Assembly: GCF_009914755.1 (NCBI RefSeq)
Contig: NC_060935.1
Source: the human T2T-CHM13v2.0 reference genome, Homo sapiens
Direction: 5' to 3' (one strand)
DNA: 64,000 nucleotides
In this document: piece after piece, positions 1-16,700 of the stretch
Numbering within the stretch: position 1 is the stretch's first letter
How the letters are laid out: the number at the start of each line of letters is the position of its first letter
Made by a program: the position numbers and the translations under genes
The notes under the pieces: generated by a model
Databases searched by the model: none
What the model was told of the DNA's origin: nothing
What the model saw: only the letters and a program-made list of their open reading frames with translations

Positions 1-78
1 AAACAGAAAGAGCTATCTTCAGGGAAATGTTTGCTTCTTGACGAAAAGGGACATGTATAGTTGCAACTGCAGCCACCC

Positions 79-417
79 TGGTCAGGCCTCAATACCCCTA
101 TTTTCATCTGCCTGTGGATATGGGCCAATGCAGTGGGGGGTGACCCTGGGAGAACGGCTTTCCTGCAGGGTCCTGGAAGGGACTGATAGCTAAAAGCTGT
201 TGCCAAAATCACTCCCAACAGTTGAAACAACAATTTTTCATGGAGGAAGGATCAGGGTCGTGTATCACTGTGTCTACCATGTAAGACGTGTTTGTCGTCA
301 CCTTAAAAATCAAAACGGTAAATTAAAAGAGGTTAAGTGATTGTGCGAGGTCATATAATAATAGAAATAATAACAATAAATAATTACTGTATGCCAGGAC
401 CTTTTCTAAGCACATCA
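79..417 (-). repeat. Left arm of local inverted duplication (derived copy of 2298-2636)
   Basis: Reverse complement aligns to 2298-2636. 141-241 is identical to rc(2474-2574) over 101 bp; 387-417 is identical to rc(2298-2328) over 31 bp. Confidence 0.95.
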
Positions 418-989
418 TTTACTTCCTCCAGCCTTGGCATTTATTTTGTAACTGGGGCCACAGAAGCAAACTTAAGTCAAGAGGGAGAGGCGAAGAGAAT
501 CCCAAGAATCCAGCCTTTACAGCATAAATTTACGAAAGCAATGCCAGGAGGCAACCACCCTAGACGCGGAACCGTATGAGGAAAACAGTTCCGTATCTGC
601 GTGGTCCCCAACTGGCCAGGTGCTCTGTTCTTTGCTGCTGAAGGCGTTCCTGACAGAGGTGCGTGCCTCGCTCATCACTGCCATCATCACTGCTGGTTGA
701 AGATGGAGATACACTGTGGCCATCGCTCCCTGTGCCATCAGCCTTGGGACCAGTGAGGATCTTACAGAACAAATCAGAGAATCTTCCTCCTTCTATGTGA
801 TGCTAACTTGGAGGGGAGGGTTGTCAGGTGGGGATACGTGTGGACTGAAATGTCATAGACTTTAGGGACATACCCCCTCCTGTCCCCTCACAGTCATCTT
901 TCTGCCTGTGCACACACCCTGTCAGGGTGTCAGGGTCATGCCACGTAACTAAATAACATCCTTCGCTGGAAGCCGTTGTTCCTCTCCAA

Positions 990-1385
990 ACCTCAGGCTG
1001 TGTTCCTCAGTCTGGCCAAGTTCCTTCCTCTCTTATGGGACAGACATTCTCTCTGTAGCTTGGCTTCCATCACAGTAACCCTAGACATATATAGAGAGTT
1101 ATGTCTGTGTTTGTCCAAGTTTCTTTTGTGATATGCATCAAGTATTAATTTACTAAGAATCAACTCATGTCCTTGTTCATCAGTGGATAAGCACAATTAT
1201 CTGGGGGCATTTCTGACCTTTACTGTCCAGACATGTCTGAGGCTCAGCTCTGCCCCACCAGGAAATTCCACACGTATTGATCTGCTTGTGTGTCTGTCGC
1301 CCATTGCAGTCTGTGGGCTCCTGGAGCTCAGGGCTCCCTCAGTTCAGTTATCAGATGCCTGACATATATTTTGGTTGAATGAAGC
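990..1385 (+). mobile_element. L2 LINE 3' fragments (degenerate)
   Basis: Ends in ...gcctgacatatattttggttgaatgaa, the typical L2 3' terminus. Confidence 0.5.
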
Positions 1386-2039
1386 AAAGAAGGAAGAAAC
1401 AGGGCCACTTCAGACCTGATGAGAGGCTTCTGCACTCTCCAGGAAAGACAAGAAGCTTGTGTGGTGAGAGCAGCAGCTTCCCGCAGGACGCGGAGAACGT
1501 AGAGGCTATCATTTCTGGGCCAAGACACTGATTTGTGGGGGATGAGGGGGCGAGTGGGCACTTATGAACAGTGTCTGAAATCCCCAGAAATGTAGACGTT
1601 TTCACAGAAGACAGGGGAGGTCATCAGAACGCTGACAGCTGCTGACAGGATCCTATTCAAAGAAGTATGAGGAGCTGCCAGACAGGTGCTGGGTTAGAGA
1701 AGCCAGGCCCACACCGCATGACCAACATGAAGGCCAACAGCCTGCAGCCCCTATTGCTGTGTCCTCCAGTGGGGGCATATATAGAACTCGGCCCAGACGT
1801 GCCCCCTGTGTCGGGACACTGGGGAGGCTGGAACCTTGGCTGCATTTGTGGAGAGCTCTGGAAAATGGGAGAGCCTTAGACCCATGGCCCACACAGGACT
1901 CTTCCGACCTCTAGGTGCTGAACCGAGAAAACCTGACCTCAGAAGTACTCTGCTTTGCTTTCTGTTTTGAGAAGAGTTTTAGCTCATTCTTTCTCTATCC
2001 CCAGTGCCTTCACATAGTCACAGTCCTGAAGATGCAGCT

Positions 2040-2450
2040 TAGCATGGAGGGGGCATGGCTTCACTGTCAGGAAGCTCTGGGTTCAAACCCCGCAGCAGCC
2101 ATATGAGGCAGTGGTTACAGCATGGCCTCTGAAGTTGTATGTGCTTGGGTTCAAGCCTAGGTCCACCCCTTTTTAGCTGTGATATCTTCAGCAAGTTACT
2201 TACGTTTACTCTGCCTCCGTTTATTTATTTGTTAAAACAGGAATTACAATAATACCTATCAAATAAGTTTGTTGTGAGACTTAAACAAAGATCCATGTGA
2301 TGTGCTTAGAAAAGGTCCTGGCATACAGCACCTACTTATTATTATTATTACTATTATTATATGACCTTGAACAATCACTTAACCTCTCTCAGTTTATCTT
2401 TTTGATTTTTAAGGTGATGACAAACACACCTTACATGGTGGATGCAGTGA
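2040..2450 (+). mobile_element. MIR nested in MIR (inner ~2105-2358)
   Basis: Two MIR cores. Outer: ctctgggttcaaaccc ... tgaccttgaacaatcacttaacctctctcagttt. Inner: complete, gggttcaagcctagg...ttagctgtgatatcttcagcaagttactt...tattattatta tail. Confidence 0.7.
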
Positions 2451-2636
2451 TACATGACCCAGATTCTTCCTCAATGAAAAATTGTTGTTTCAACTGTTGG
2501 GAGTGATTTTGGCAACAGCTTTTAGCTATCAGTCCCTTCCAGGACCCTGCAGGAAAGCCGTTCTCCCAGGGTCAGCCCCCGCCTCCTTGGCCCATATCCA
2601 CTGGCAGATGGACATGGGGGTATCGTGGCCTGACCA
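2298..2636 (+). repeat. Right arm of inverted duplication (source copy)
   Basis: The MIR and LTR16 crossed by this arm continue beyond both arm ends here, but are truncated at the ends of the left arm. Confidence 0.9.
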
Positions 2637-3312
2637 ATTAGTTCAACTGGGAAAACTCTGGAGGACACCATCTCCCCAGGGGCCCTCTTGGTGCCAGTGG
2701 AGGCTCCTGTTGGGCCTGCATCACAGCTCAAATACCCCTCTGTCTGCTCTTCCTTCTCTCCCTTCCTACAACAGGGCTTGATCCCAAAGTCAATCTTCAA
2801 TAATGTCAGCCTGAAAAAACCAAAAGGATCAAAATCCAATTTTAGTCAAGCATAAAGTTTGAAGACAGCCACTCAGAAACACACACTCCAAAATAATGGG
2901 GTCAGTGCCTCCCTAGTGAGGAAATTAAGGTTTTATTAATGTAGGCAGAAACAAAGAGGTTTGGCAGGATCACACATTTCCATACATGGCCAGTACACAG
3001 TTGCAGGGATGTGATTGCTCACAGTTTGCTACATTCTAAGGAACAGTGCTCCAGCGCTTTCTGAGGAGGGGTGACAATCTGAGGGGGTCTGCTCTCTGGT
3101 GCCACAAGGCCTTTTCTTATCATTTACAGGAAGGAACAGAAGCTGTAGCTGCATGCTACATGACTCAGGTCTCACAATTCACATTCCCTTCGAGGCTCAA
3201 AATACTTTAAAGTTCCAACAGCTTTAATTTGAATTATTTATCTTCACAATAAGCATTCTGCTTTCCGAACTCCATCTCAGAGTAAGCTTCCAAGGGAATG
3301 CAATCTCTGCAT
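2450..3312 (+). mobile_element. LTR16-like ERVL solo LTR, split by a younger LTR
   Basis: LTR16-type 3' end ctccatctcagagtaagcttccaagggaatgcaatct. Its AATAA signal region is interrupted at 2804. Confidence 0.65.
2804..3248 (-). mobile_element. ERV1 (MER4-group) solo LTR
   Basis: TG...CA termini and 4-bp TSD ATAA (2800-2803 / 3249-3252). Similar to the LTR at 61075-61655. Confidence 0.8.
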
Positions 3313-5134
3313 CTAACTTTGCAGGATTGTTGCCAGAATTAGGAGAACTAAATATACATTACAATTGTTGGACAATATAGCCCCTCACTCCCCCTTTCTT
3401 ACAATATCATAGGCTAAGTCTCTAACCCCAATGTACCCTATGCTTCCACCTGAAATATAGCTTCCACAACTAACCCGAATCAAAACATACTTTCTTACAC
3501 CAATCTAAGCCCACTATGTTGCATTTCAGGGTAGAGTTTGACATTCGGCCTCAGATGATAAAAGTTCAGCTGGTTTAATGAAATCTTCTTACTACCGTCC
3601 CAAACACAAGGTCACAGGTTAAAGGGAAGATCACATACGTCAAGGTAAGGCCTGGTCCATCCATCCGTGAGAGAGTTTCTGCTTCTTTATCCCAGTCTCC
3701 TTATCCCCCAGACTGAGTGGACAAGTTTATCCAGGATTCCAGTTGCTGCTCTCCCAGGAACCATGCATAATGACATTAGACAAGTGCTAATTTGCATAGA
3801 GACTGCCAAGACCCTTTGCAAAGCAAAGAAATGCACATTGTTAAACTGTTACTATAACACTGACTGCAACCATGAAAACAATTTCACAGCAGATTAAACA
3901 CACTTAGTGAAAGAAGCCCAGTGCAAAAGCAATCTCAACACCAAATTAGAGTTTAGTCAGCAGCTAGCAGGGAGCTGAGGAGACAATGGCCAGATGCAGC
4001 ATCCTGATGACCTTACCAGGTGATTTTCCCTAGGTGAGCGGGAGCAAACTCCAGTTTGGCAAGATTTCCTGCCGGAGATGAGCGATCCAATTACAGTGAG
4101 GGAAGGAAGGAGGAAAGCTAAGCCGCAGAAGGAGCTGGAAGATGAATAGAGGCATCAAATCTGTATGAACCGCAGGGAAACTTGTGTCAGACAAGCAGAG
4201 AAAGGCAGACATCAGGGAAGCAGAGAAGGATTGCTTTTATGATGAGTGATAACAAGTCTGAAAATAAAGGATTCCTATTTAGACATGAAAATCTCTGTTA
4301 AGATAGTAAGGAAAGAAAAAATAATCAGAATTTCCAATACAAAATAAATTTTCCAGTTTCATCTTGATCCCTCTCTTTCTCCAGCCAGGTTTGTTTTCGT
4401 CCATCTCCTGCCTCCAACATGAGAGCTCTGCCCTTCTAGATGACCAGACCTCTCCTGACTCCCCAGCCCTGAACCCTCAGGCCTGAGACTCGCTGTCCAG
4501 TGCTGAAAACGTCTGTCTCCCTAACACTGACAATCGAGCTCTTTTCATGTGTTGCCCGGGGAAATCTCAGGCAATGAATCTTATTCTTAATTTCACACTT
4601 GCTTTTCTTTATGGCAAGAAGCCAGGGACATTTGGGCACCTATAAATAATAAACATAAATGACATTGGAAGGAGGCAAGGCCATCAACATCATTTAAAAT
4701 CTCCCCATTCTGGGCTGACAACTACTCACTGGGCCTGGACTAGACAAGTGAATCTTGAAAAAGAGACAAAGGCAGAGATTATGCTGGGACTTCATCACCA
4801 TAGGCATCAAACAGATAAGTAGGTGTTTGCTTGAGTGATGGCCCCTCTGGCCAGGTGAGGCTCTCGATATTTCCAGATCACATGCCCTTGTATGTCTCAG
4901 GTTTTACTCACATCTGCCAGAATGCCTGGAGTTTTCAGGATTAAATAATCTCCAATTCAAAGGCAAATACTTTTGGGGAAAAATTATAATTCTGTTCAAC
5001 TTAAACCTAAAAGCATAGGGAAGACAGGGGTAAGACAAAACCGTGGCATCTAGCTAAAAGCAAGGTTCCTCTTGATTGAGGTATAATGCTGAAGTATTAA
5101 AAAGAAGCGACAGGATCATTTATAAAGGCACCTA

Positions 5135-5313
5135 CCAGAAGCTGCAGAGAGGCACAGAGCAGTTTCTTCCCTGGTGTCTTCCCAGGGAGCGTGGTACTGC
5201 CAGCACCTGGATTTCAAACTTTTGATCTCCATAGCTATAAGACAATAAACTCCTGCTGTCTTAAGGCACACAGTTTATGGTACTTTTTTACAGTGGTCCT
5301 AGCAAACTGATAC
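5135..5313 (+). mobile_element. MLT1 (MaLR) LTR 3' half
   Basis: ccagaagctg...aataaactcctgctgtcttaaggcacacagtttatggtactttttacagtggtcctagcaaactgatac is the MLT1 3' signature. Confidence 0.8.
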
Positions 5314-5764
5314 GGAGGGTTCTAAAAAAGTTTATGGTTATGTTCTGAGAACAAATGTCACTTAATTTTTTATTCTGCCTTGAGATTTACAAAGCCAGTT
5401 TCTCTGTCATCATTGTAGCCAGCATAGTAGGTAGTACAAACTTTATATTGGGATCCTTTCAGGGAATAATAATATTGGGATCCTTTCATCCTCATTTTGC
5501 ACTGAGGATGGTAGAAAAGTTTCAGAAGAGAAGGAGACGGAGGAAGTGGGTTGGGAGGGATTGATGGAGGTGGTTGTTTTGAAGGTGGAGCGAGAGGCAG
5601 CACTGAAGGAGGGTGAAGATGAGGACCTTTGATGTTTTCTGTGTGTCAGCCATATGTGTTAGGCCATCACTGATCTCTTTCACCAGCTCAGGGAGGTTAA
5701 TAGCATGCCCAACTGCAAATTAGTAAGGGGCTGTAAAAGTTAGAAGTGCATTCACCTGATTAAG

Positions 5765-6135
5765 AATAAACAAACAAAAACCACTTGCCCACAGTAACTT
5801 AAAACAAGTAAGGTTTATTTTTCCCCGAAAGTTAAAAAAATCTGGAGGAAGGAAGATATTGGTAGTGATCCAGCCCTTAGGTGCTATTGAGACTGATATC
5901 CCTGTTATTCTATTGGATTTTTCTTCATGCATGAGGTCTCATGGTCATGATATGGCCTCTGTAGCTCCAGACATTGCGTCTGAAATCAAGGCAGGAAGAA
6001 GAGGGAGTGGTAGCATGAGTCTTAGCTGTTTCTTTTGTCAGAAAAGGCAAATCCTTTCCAGAAGTCCCTAAAATAACATACATTTTACTGATCTGAACTG
6101 TATTGCATAGCCACACCTAGTGATCAGTTTTTTGG
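5765..6135 (-). mobile_element. Old MLT1-type LTR fragment
   Basis: aacttaaaacaagtaaggtttattttt and gctccagacattgcgtctgaaatcaaggcaggaagaa resemble reverse-strand MLT1J/K/L sequence. Confidence 0.5.
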
Positions 6136-8986
6136 GTAAATAGGTATCGAGCTTTCCAGGTGCCACAGTGGGCAAATGAGAGAAAATAGAATTGGTTATG
6201 CAACTTGTGTTAGCCAACAAATAGCATAAGACAGAGCGCCAGAGTGAGAAGGCAAACCTGCATCTCTGGCCATGAATGCAGGACTCTCTTTGTTCATAAA
6301 ATCTTATGGTGAGACTGCCAGCCTGCTTCCCACAGATATGACTTCTGTTCTATAGAGGCAGCCCCTTTGAATAGGTCTTTCTTGCAGGGCTGCTCCAGTA
6401 TTTGGATCTAATTTCTTTGCATGGGGATAATATGGTATAATAGGTACTATACTACTTCAGAAGACAATTGGCCCAGGTTTTAATTCCACTATTATCATAA
6501 ATTTCCACGTATTTTTTCCTGTATACCTTGGAGCAAAATGGAAGCAATTAAACCTAATGTCTTCTATTTCCCTTAGTTTTATGATGCACTTGAAAACAGT
6601 TTGGGAGTTTCCATATGAATTTTTGGTTGGATTAGTACTTATAATATCACACGTTATCACTACCAATATTTTCCAAGTGCTTTCTAGTTTAAAATTACTT
6701 TCAAAATATATATTATCTTATTCAAGCCTCATAAGCAGCATTATCAAGTGGGCAAAGTATGGCGTCATCTACGAGTACAAGCTCCACAAGTAACCATATT
6801 TCTCCTGTCCTCAGATTCTTACCACAATTCCATTAGGGATCTTCCTATATTCTAAGGCCATTTTCCATGTGCATTTTAAACTCACAGCATATCTCATACG
6901 TTACCCCCATACAAAGGTTCCAGATCTATTTATAACTTCTCCCTTTCTGTGACTCTCTCTTAACCTCTAGCCACAATTGTCAAGGTTGCAATTGGCTTGA
7001 TACTGCCTCCTTGGCTCCTTATCTAACTCCAACCAATTGACTCAGTTCGGAGGACTATGTCTTCAAGCTGACAGGTTAAAACACAGTGAGCCAAGGAGAC
7101 CCAGTGCTCCGACCTGTGAAGCAGACTGAGCAGGGCGATGAGCTTATGAGCATTTCAGCGACCAGTTCTAGCGGTTTCTTATTAGGTTATTATTTCATTT
7201 GGCTTTGGTGATAAACATCAGAAGTCAGGGGTCCCAGGCAGAGTTCTCTTTGGTAAAAATGACCATTCTAAATGTGGATACTAGACTGAAACTCAGTAAA
7301 AGTCCTGATACACATTCTCCAGGGAAATAGTTTCTGTTTTGTTTGTGGAAAGAGATGACCTTTTCACTGAGAGGGTGAGCTTCCCACAGTGTTGGGCAGG
7401 ATGGGAAGGCTGAGGGTGCTGAGGGAAGGGGAGACGGCAAACTCCTCATCTGCTCAGGTTCTTTCCAAGTCGCTGTGCCCAGAGAGATGCTCATTTAGAA
7501 GGTGGTGGTGCAAAACCGAGGAACTCTGGGCCTCACGGCATGACCCCTGGAAAATTGCTGCAGTAGACTGCTCCATTTTGGTTATTGCCAACATGGCCCT
7601 GAAATTGACCAATTCTCTTTTTATCTTGGACCTGTCCAGCTGCCCAAGAACCAGTCTTAGATACAGTAAATCAGGCCTCTGAGAACCAACTTCCAAAAGC
7701 CTTCCTCCCAGGAGCTCTGCCCTGAAAAACAAGATCAGCTGGCACTGTGCACTCATTAAGAGGGAACATTCTGATGAGGACCTCAATGTCTCGTGGGGAG
7801 AAGTGGAGAGAGAATAGGCCTGAGGAATTGAGAGGATCTGTTCAGCAGAGCTACCTGAAAGCCCTGAAGCCATTTACCCCCTCAGGTATTCAGTGCCAGT
7901 AAGCAGGTGAGGAGAGAGGAAAGCAGCTGGACCTACAATGCCCATCTTTCTGCTCACTGTGCATGTACCCAGCACACCCAGATCCCCTCTCTGTGGCCAG
8001 GGGTGGCACGGAGGAGAGGTTCCTTGTGGAGGGTGGTTATGCCTGAAATCATCTTTGATGGGAACAGGGAAAGTCATCTCCCTGGAACCTGAACTTCATT
8101 TTCCCCCAAATCCCTTCCATAGCTTGTCCTTTGGTTTTCTCTTCTGAGTTTTCCAAGAGCCAGGATGACAGCTGCCTGAGTCCACACGAGGCTGTGTAAG
8201 GCCAAGAAGAGCGGTTCCTTCTTCAAGACAAGTTTGTCCAGGCACCCTCAGAAGTGCTAACTCTAGGGCTTGGGGCTGGAGTATAACTGGAGACAACACA
8301 GCGTGGCTCAGGCATGTGCAGCTGCCGTCAGTCGTGTCACCTTCCCAGGCACTGAGAGATGGGAAAGGGAGAGCGCATAATACTGCTGCGGCATAGGTTA
8401 TTTTGCATCATGAAATGTTTCAAAAAAGGTCAGTAATAAATTCTTTTGGGCAAATACGTCTTTTATAAAACATTCCAAAAATCAGTTGAAAACTAAAATG
8501 GGCAAGAAGACAGTCTCCCTGTTCGTAATAAACTTATATCTGCAAGAAATGAAATTCTAAGGAACTAACATGAAACAGATGCTCCCTGATGCCAGAACAA
8601 AGCTTCTGTGTAGACAAATAGGTATTCTAGACTCTGGGAGCAGTAAAAACATATAAAATGTGCCTCAAATAAAAATGTTGATAATGGGTCTCAGAGAAAT
8701 GTATAATCCTGGTAGGAGCTGCCTTGCTGTAAAACAAGGAGGTGGTGTTTATAGCATGGGGAAGCTGCCCATCACACTCACACTGGGGACATGAGACGTC
8801 TCTGTTATAATCTAATTCATGACACTGCCTGGTACAGAAACCTCGTTTGAAAATACTAATTTGCACCAAGGTCTGAGATGTTTCTTTTTATCAGAAATAA
8901 ATAACTAGATTTAGTGTTCTCCAGCCTATGCCCTAAATTTCTCTGTGTGTTTGTAGGTAATTAACAAATTCATTAAGTTCTTGTGA

Positions 8987-9080
8987 CATATATATATATA
9001 TATATATATATATTTCACCATATATACATATATACATGTTGCTACCTATGTATATATGTATATACCTACACACATATATA
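8987..9080. repeat. (TA)n microsatellite
   Basis: Direct inspection. Confidence 0.9.
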
Positions 9081-9149
9081 GCTTGAGAGCTTCCCAATGT
9101 CAGATGTTGCTGTAATTTATCTGCTTCAAGTCATGCAATGTATGTCAAC

Positions 9150-9300
9150 TTTCTCTCTTCTCTTCCTTGTTAGTCTCCTCTGCCTGCCCCCTTTTCCGTT
9201 TCCTCTTCATTCTTTCTCGCTTTCCCCCTCTCCTCCCGTGTCTCCCCTCCTCTCCCTTCCTCTCCATCCTCCTCACTGCCATGCTCCTCCCTCATTTCTA
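9150..9300. repeat. Polypyrimidine (CT-rich) low-complexity tract
   Basis: Direct inspection. Confidence 0.8.
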
Positions 9301-9689
9301 CTCCTGGGCCACAGCTCTGTTTCAGCCTAACGAGGAGAGCTGCGGAGTCTGAAATACTTCAAGGGGAAGAAAAGGTTAGAAGCAAAATTCAAGAGGTTGA
9401 TTCTGTCAAGACATTCATCTGGGATTCTCCGCTCTGGCAGATTCATTATTTTGTGAAATGATAACTGATTGCATCTGAAGGAGCATGAGAGAGTGATTGA
9501 GATCACTTCCAGCCCCTGTCAGCAAACAGTATCTCAGGCAGCATCAGAAAACGAGACAGCGTAGCTGTGCAGCCGGGAACCCTCTAGAGCGTCCCGTTTC
9601 ACCCTGGTCAGAAAGGGCTTAGCGGCCAACACTAGATGATGTTTCTGATTTAACACCAACTGTTCATTTGTTAAGGTCATGATTTATCT

Positions 9690-10510
9690 TAACTGTTTAT
9701 TTAGATGAATTTTGATGATTGTATTTATTCATAAAACTACTGCAAAAATGTGGTACAGATTATTTCCATCACTGCAGCACGTTTGTTTGTACTGCCTTAT
9801 AGAACCGTTCGCCTCCCAACAAGAACCAGTATTCTGAATTCTATCACCATAGAATAAGTTTGGTTGTTCTTCAACTTCATGAGTGGAATCATAGAGAATG
9901 CACTCTTTTGTGTCTGGCTTATTTTACTCAGAATGTTTTGACGTTCGATCATGTCGTTCTGTGTATTAGTAGTTTATTCTTTTTTATCGCTGAGTCATAG
10001 TGTGTTACGTGACTGTACCACAATTTGATTATTCATTTGTCAGTAGATGAATATTTCGGGTGTTTTCAGTGTTCTGCTGTTATGAATAAGGCTACTGTAA
10101 TCTTTTCCCACAATTCCTTTTGTAAACACATGTTTTAAATTTTCTTTGGTAAAAAGCCAGGAGGAGAATTGTTTGGTCATAGGTATGCTGGAGTTTATAA
10201 GAAACTGTCAAGGAGTTTAACAAAGTGAATGTTTCACTTTACGCTCCTTCATCTATGTATGAAGCTCTAGTTACTTCACATTTTTAACAGTGCTTGGTAT
10301 TGTCAGAGTTTTTCTAATCAGTTGGAATTGGCATCTCACTGTGGTTTTAATTTGCATTACTGGGATAGACGATGATGCTGAGCATGAGTTTATTTGCTTA
10401 TTAGTATTCTTGTGATTTTTTTTGTTTATTGTTTGTTTACATTTCCTGGCCATTTTCCATTGGGTTCTATGGGGTTCTTCACCTATTTATCATTGAATTG
10501 TATACAAAGA
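9690..10510 (-). mobile_element. Old L1 (L1ME/MC-type) 3' region
   Basis: gtggaatcatagagaatgcactcttttgtgtctggcttattttactcag and tggcatctcactgtggttttaatttgcatt are L1M 3' motifs. Confidence 0.8.
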
Positions 10511-10516
10511 TTGAGT

Positions 10517-11552
10517 CTCTGCAGACTTAAACGTCCCTGTCTGACAGCTTGGAAGACAGCAGTGGTTCTCCCAGCACGCAGCTTGAGATCTGAGAACGGA
10601 CAGACTGCCTCCTCAAGTGGGTCCCTGACCGCCGAGTAGCCTAACTGGGAGGCACCCCCCAGTAGGGGCGGACTGACACCTCACATGGCTGGACAACCCT
10701 CTGAGACAAAACTTCCAGAGGAACAATCAGGCAGCAACATTTGCTGTTCAGCAATATTCGCTGTTCTGCAGCCTCCGCTGCTGATACCCAAGCAAACAGG
10801 GTCTGGAGTGGACCTCCAGCTAACTCCAACAGACCTGCAGCTGAGGGTCCTGACTGTTAGAAGGAAAATTAACAAACAGAAAGGACATCCACACCAAAAC
10901 CCCATCAGTACGTCACCATCATCAAACACCAAAGGTGGATAAAACCACAAAGATGGGGAAAAACAGAGCAGAAAAACTCAAAATTCTAAAAATAAGAGCA
11001 CCTCTCCTCCTCCAAAGGAATGCAGCTCCTCACCAGTAGTGGAACAAAGCTGGACGGAGAATGACTTTGATGAGTTGAGAGAAGAAGGCTTCAGACGATC
11101 AAACTTCCCCGAGCTAAAGGAGAAAGTTTGAACCCATGGCAAAGAAGCTAAAAACCTTGAAAAAAGATTAGACAAATGGCTAACTAGAATAACCAATGCA
11201 GAGAAGTCCTTAAAGGACCTGATGGAGCTGAAAACCATGGCATGAGAACTACGTGATGAATGCACAAGCTTTAGTAGCTGATTCAATCAACTGGAAGAAA
11301 GGGTATCAGTGATGGAAGATCAAATGAATGAAATGAAGCGAGAAGAGAAGTTTAGAGAAAAAAGAGTAAAAAGAAATAAACACAACCTCCAAGAAATATG
11401 GGACTATGTGAAAAGACCAAATCTACGTCTGATTGGTGTACCTGAAAGTGACAGGGAGAATGGAACCAAGTTGGAAAACACTCTGCAGGATATTATCCAG
11501 GAGAACTTCCCCAACCTAGCAAGGCAGGCCAACATTCAAATTCAGGAAATAC
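10517..11552 (+). mobile_element. Primate L1PA internal fragment: 3' half of the 5'UTR plus ORF1 N-terminal part (disrupted)
   Basis: L1PA 5'UTR sequence ctctgcagacttaaacgtccctgtctgacagc. ORF1 ATG at 10953. ORF 11309-11596 encodes ORF1p motifs LQEIWDYVKRPNLRLIGVPE and LENTLQDIIQENFPNLARQANIQIQE. Confidence 0.95.
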
Positions 11553-11573
11553 TTGTAAATGTACTTAAATTAG

Positions 11574-14155
<2,582 letters not shown>

Positions 14156-15339
14156 CTGTGCAGAGAGATGTTTCAGGAGGAAACATGGGGAAAGAATTAA
14201 GACTCTAGCTTGCGAGTCACGTCATTCGCGGCACCTATTTTTCTTTTGCTCACTCTGAGCTGTTAGTAAAGTACTGTTTAAATATTCCAGCCAGGTTTCA
14301 GGGATCTAAGCTAGATTAATAAGATTAAATGGTGTGCAGCATCCCCTAAAACAAGAGTAGGATGAGGAGCAACAGTTAGTGAGAAATCCTTGGGATATGT
14401 GGCTCACAGGAGAGAAGAGGAGGCTCCTCCAGCCACGTCCATGAGGAGATTCTCCCTCCACAGCTGACCCAAGAAGGAGAGCGGGAGACAGAGGTTGGAC
14501 ACGAGGCAGGCTTGCTGCCCTGGGTGGCATGAAGGACTGCAGTGCTGGGGTGCATGCTAACAGCTGTTTTAAGAGCATCTTGGCAGCCTCTTCCCCCATC
14601 CATGTATTCTAAAGTACCTCAGGCCAACCTGCTTTGAGCAGCAGTTCCAAGGAAAAGCAAGAATCTCTGTCGCCAGCTATCTGTCCTAACCAAGAGACTT
14701 TCTGAACTCAGGAGCCAAGCTTCTCAGATCTCCTTTGGAGTTGATGTTGATATTAAGAATTTCAACTCACCACCTACGGACTAGAATCTCAATAGCAACT
14801 TAGATAGGCAAGCAGTAGACATCACATACATTTTTCCTGGAGAGTTGCTGTGTGCATTATCCCCTCTCAGTTTTGCAAAATATAGCAATGAAACATTTAG
14901 GAAGGCATGACAAGGAAAAATTAAAGGCACACAGTGAGTTGTAATAAGCAAGTCACATATTTTGCATCCCACTAAGTATTCAGTAGCAAAGCAATTTTAA
15001 TAGACCCAGAAATGCAATCTGATATTTGAATGGAGAGAGAAAAATTAGCAAGGTGAGCTGGAGGAGGAGCCAAGGGCTGAATTAATTAGTCTAGGGCTTT
15101 TAAACCGTGTTCTGCAACCCTGCAGCTTTACAGAATACATTTCTCTTGTGAAACTGTTTTAATATAAACACCATAAAAATGGAAATAAGTATATTATAAA
15201 TTCACAACCACTAGCCTGAACTTTAATACCCTAGTACATATTTTGCTACTTCAGACTTCCTCTGTGATCATTTGCTATATAAATTTTGTTACAGTACCTG
15301 TTGTCATGCAGACAGTATTAAAGTTTAGATTCTTCCTTA

Positions 15340-16700
<1,361 letters not shown>

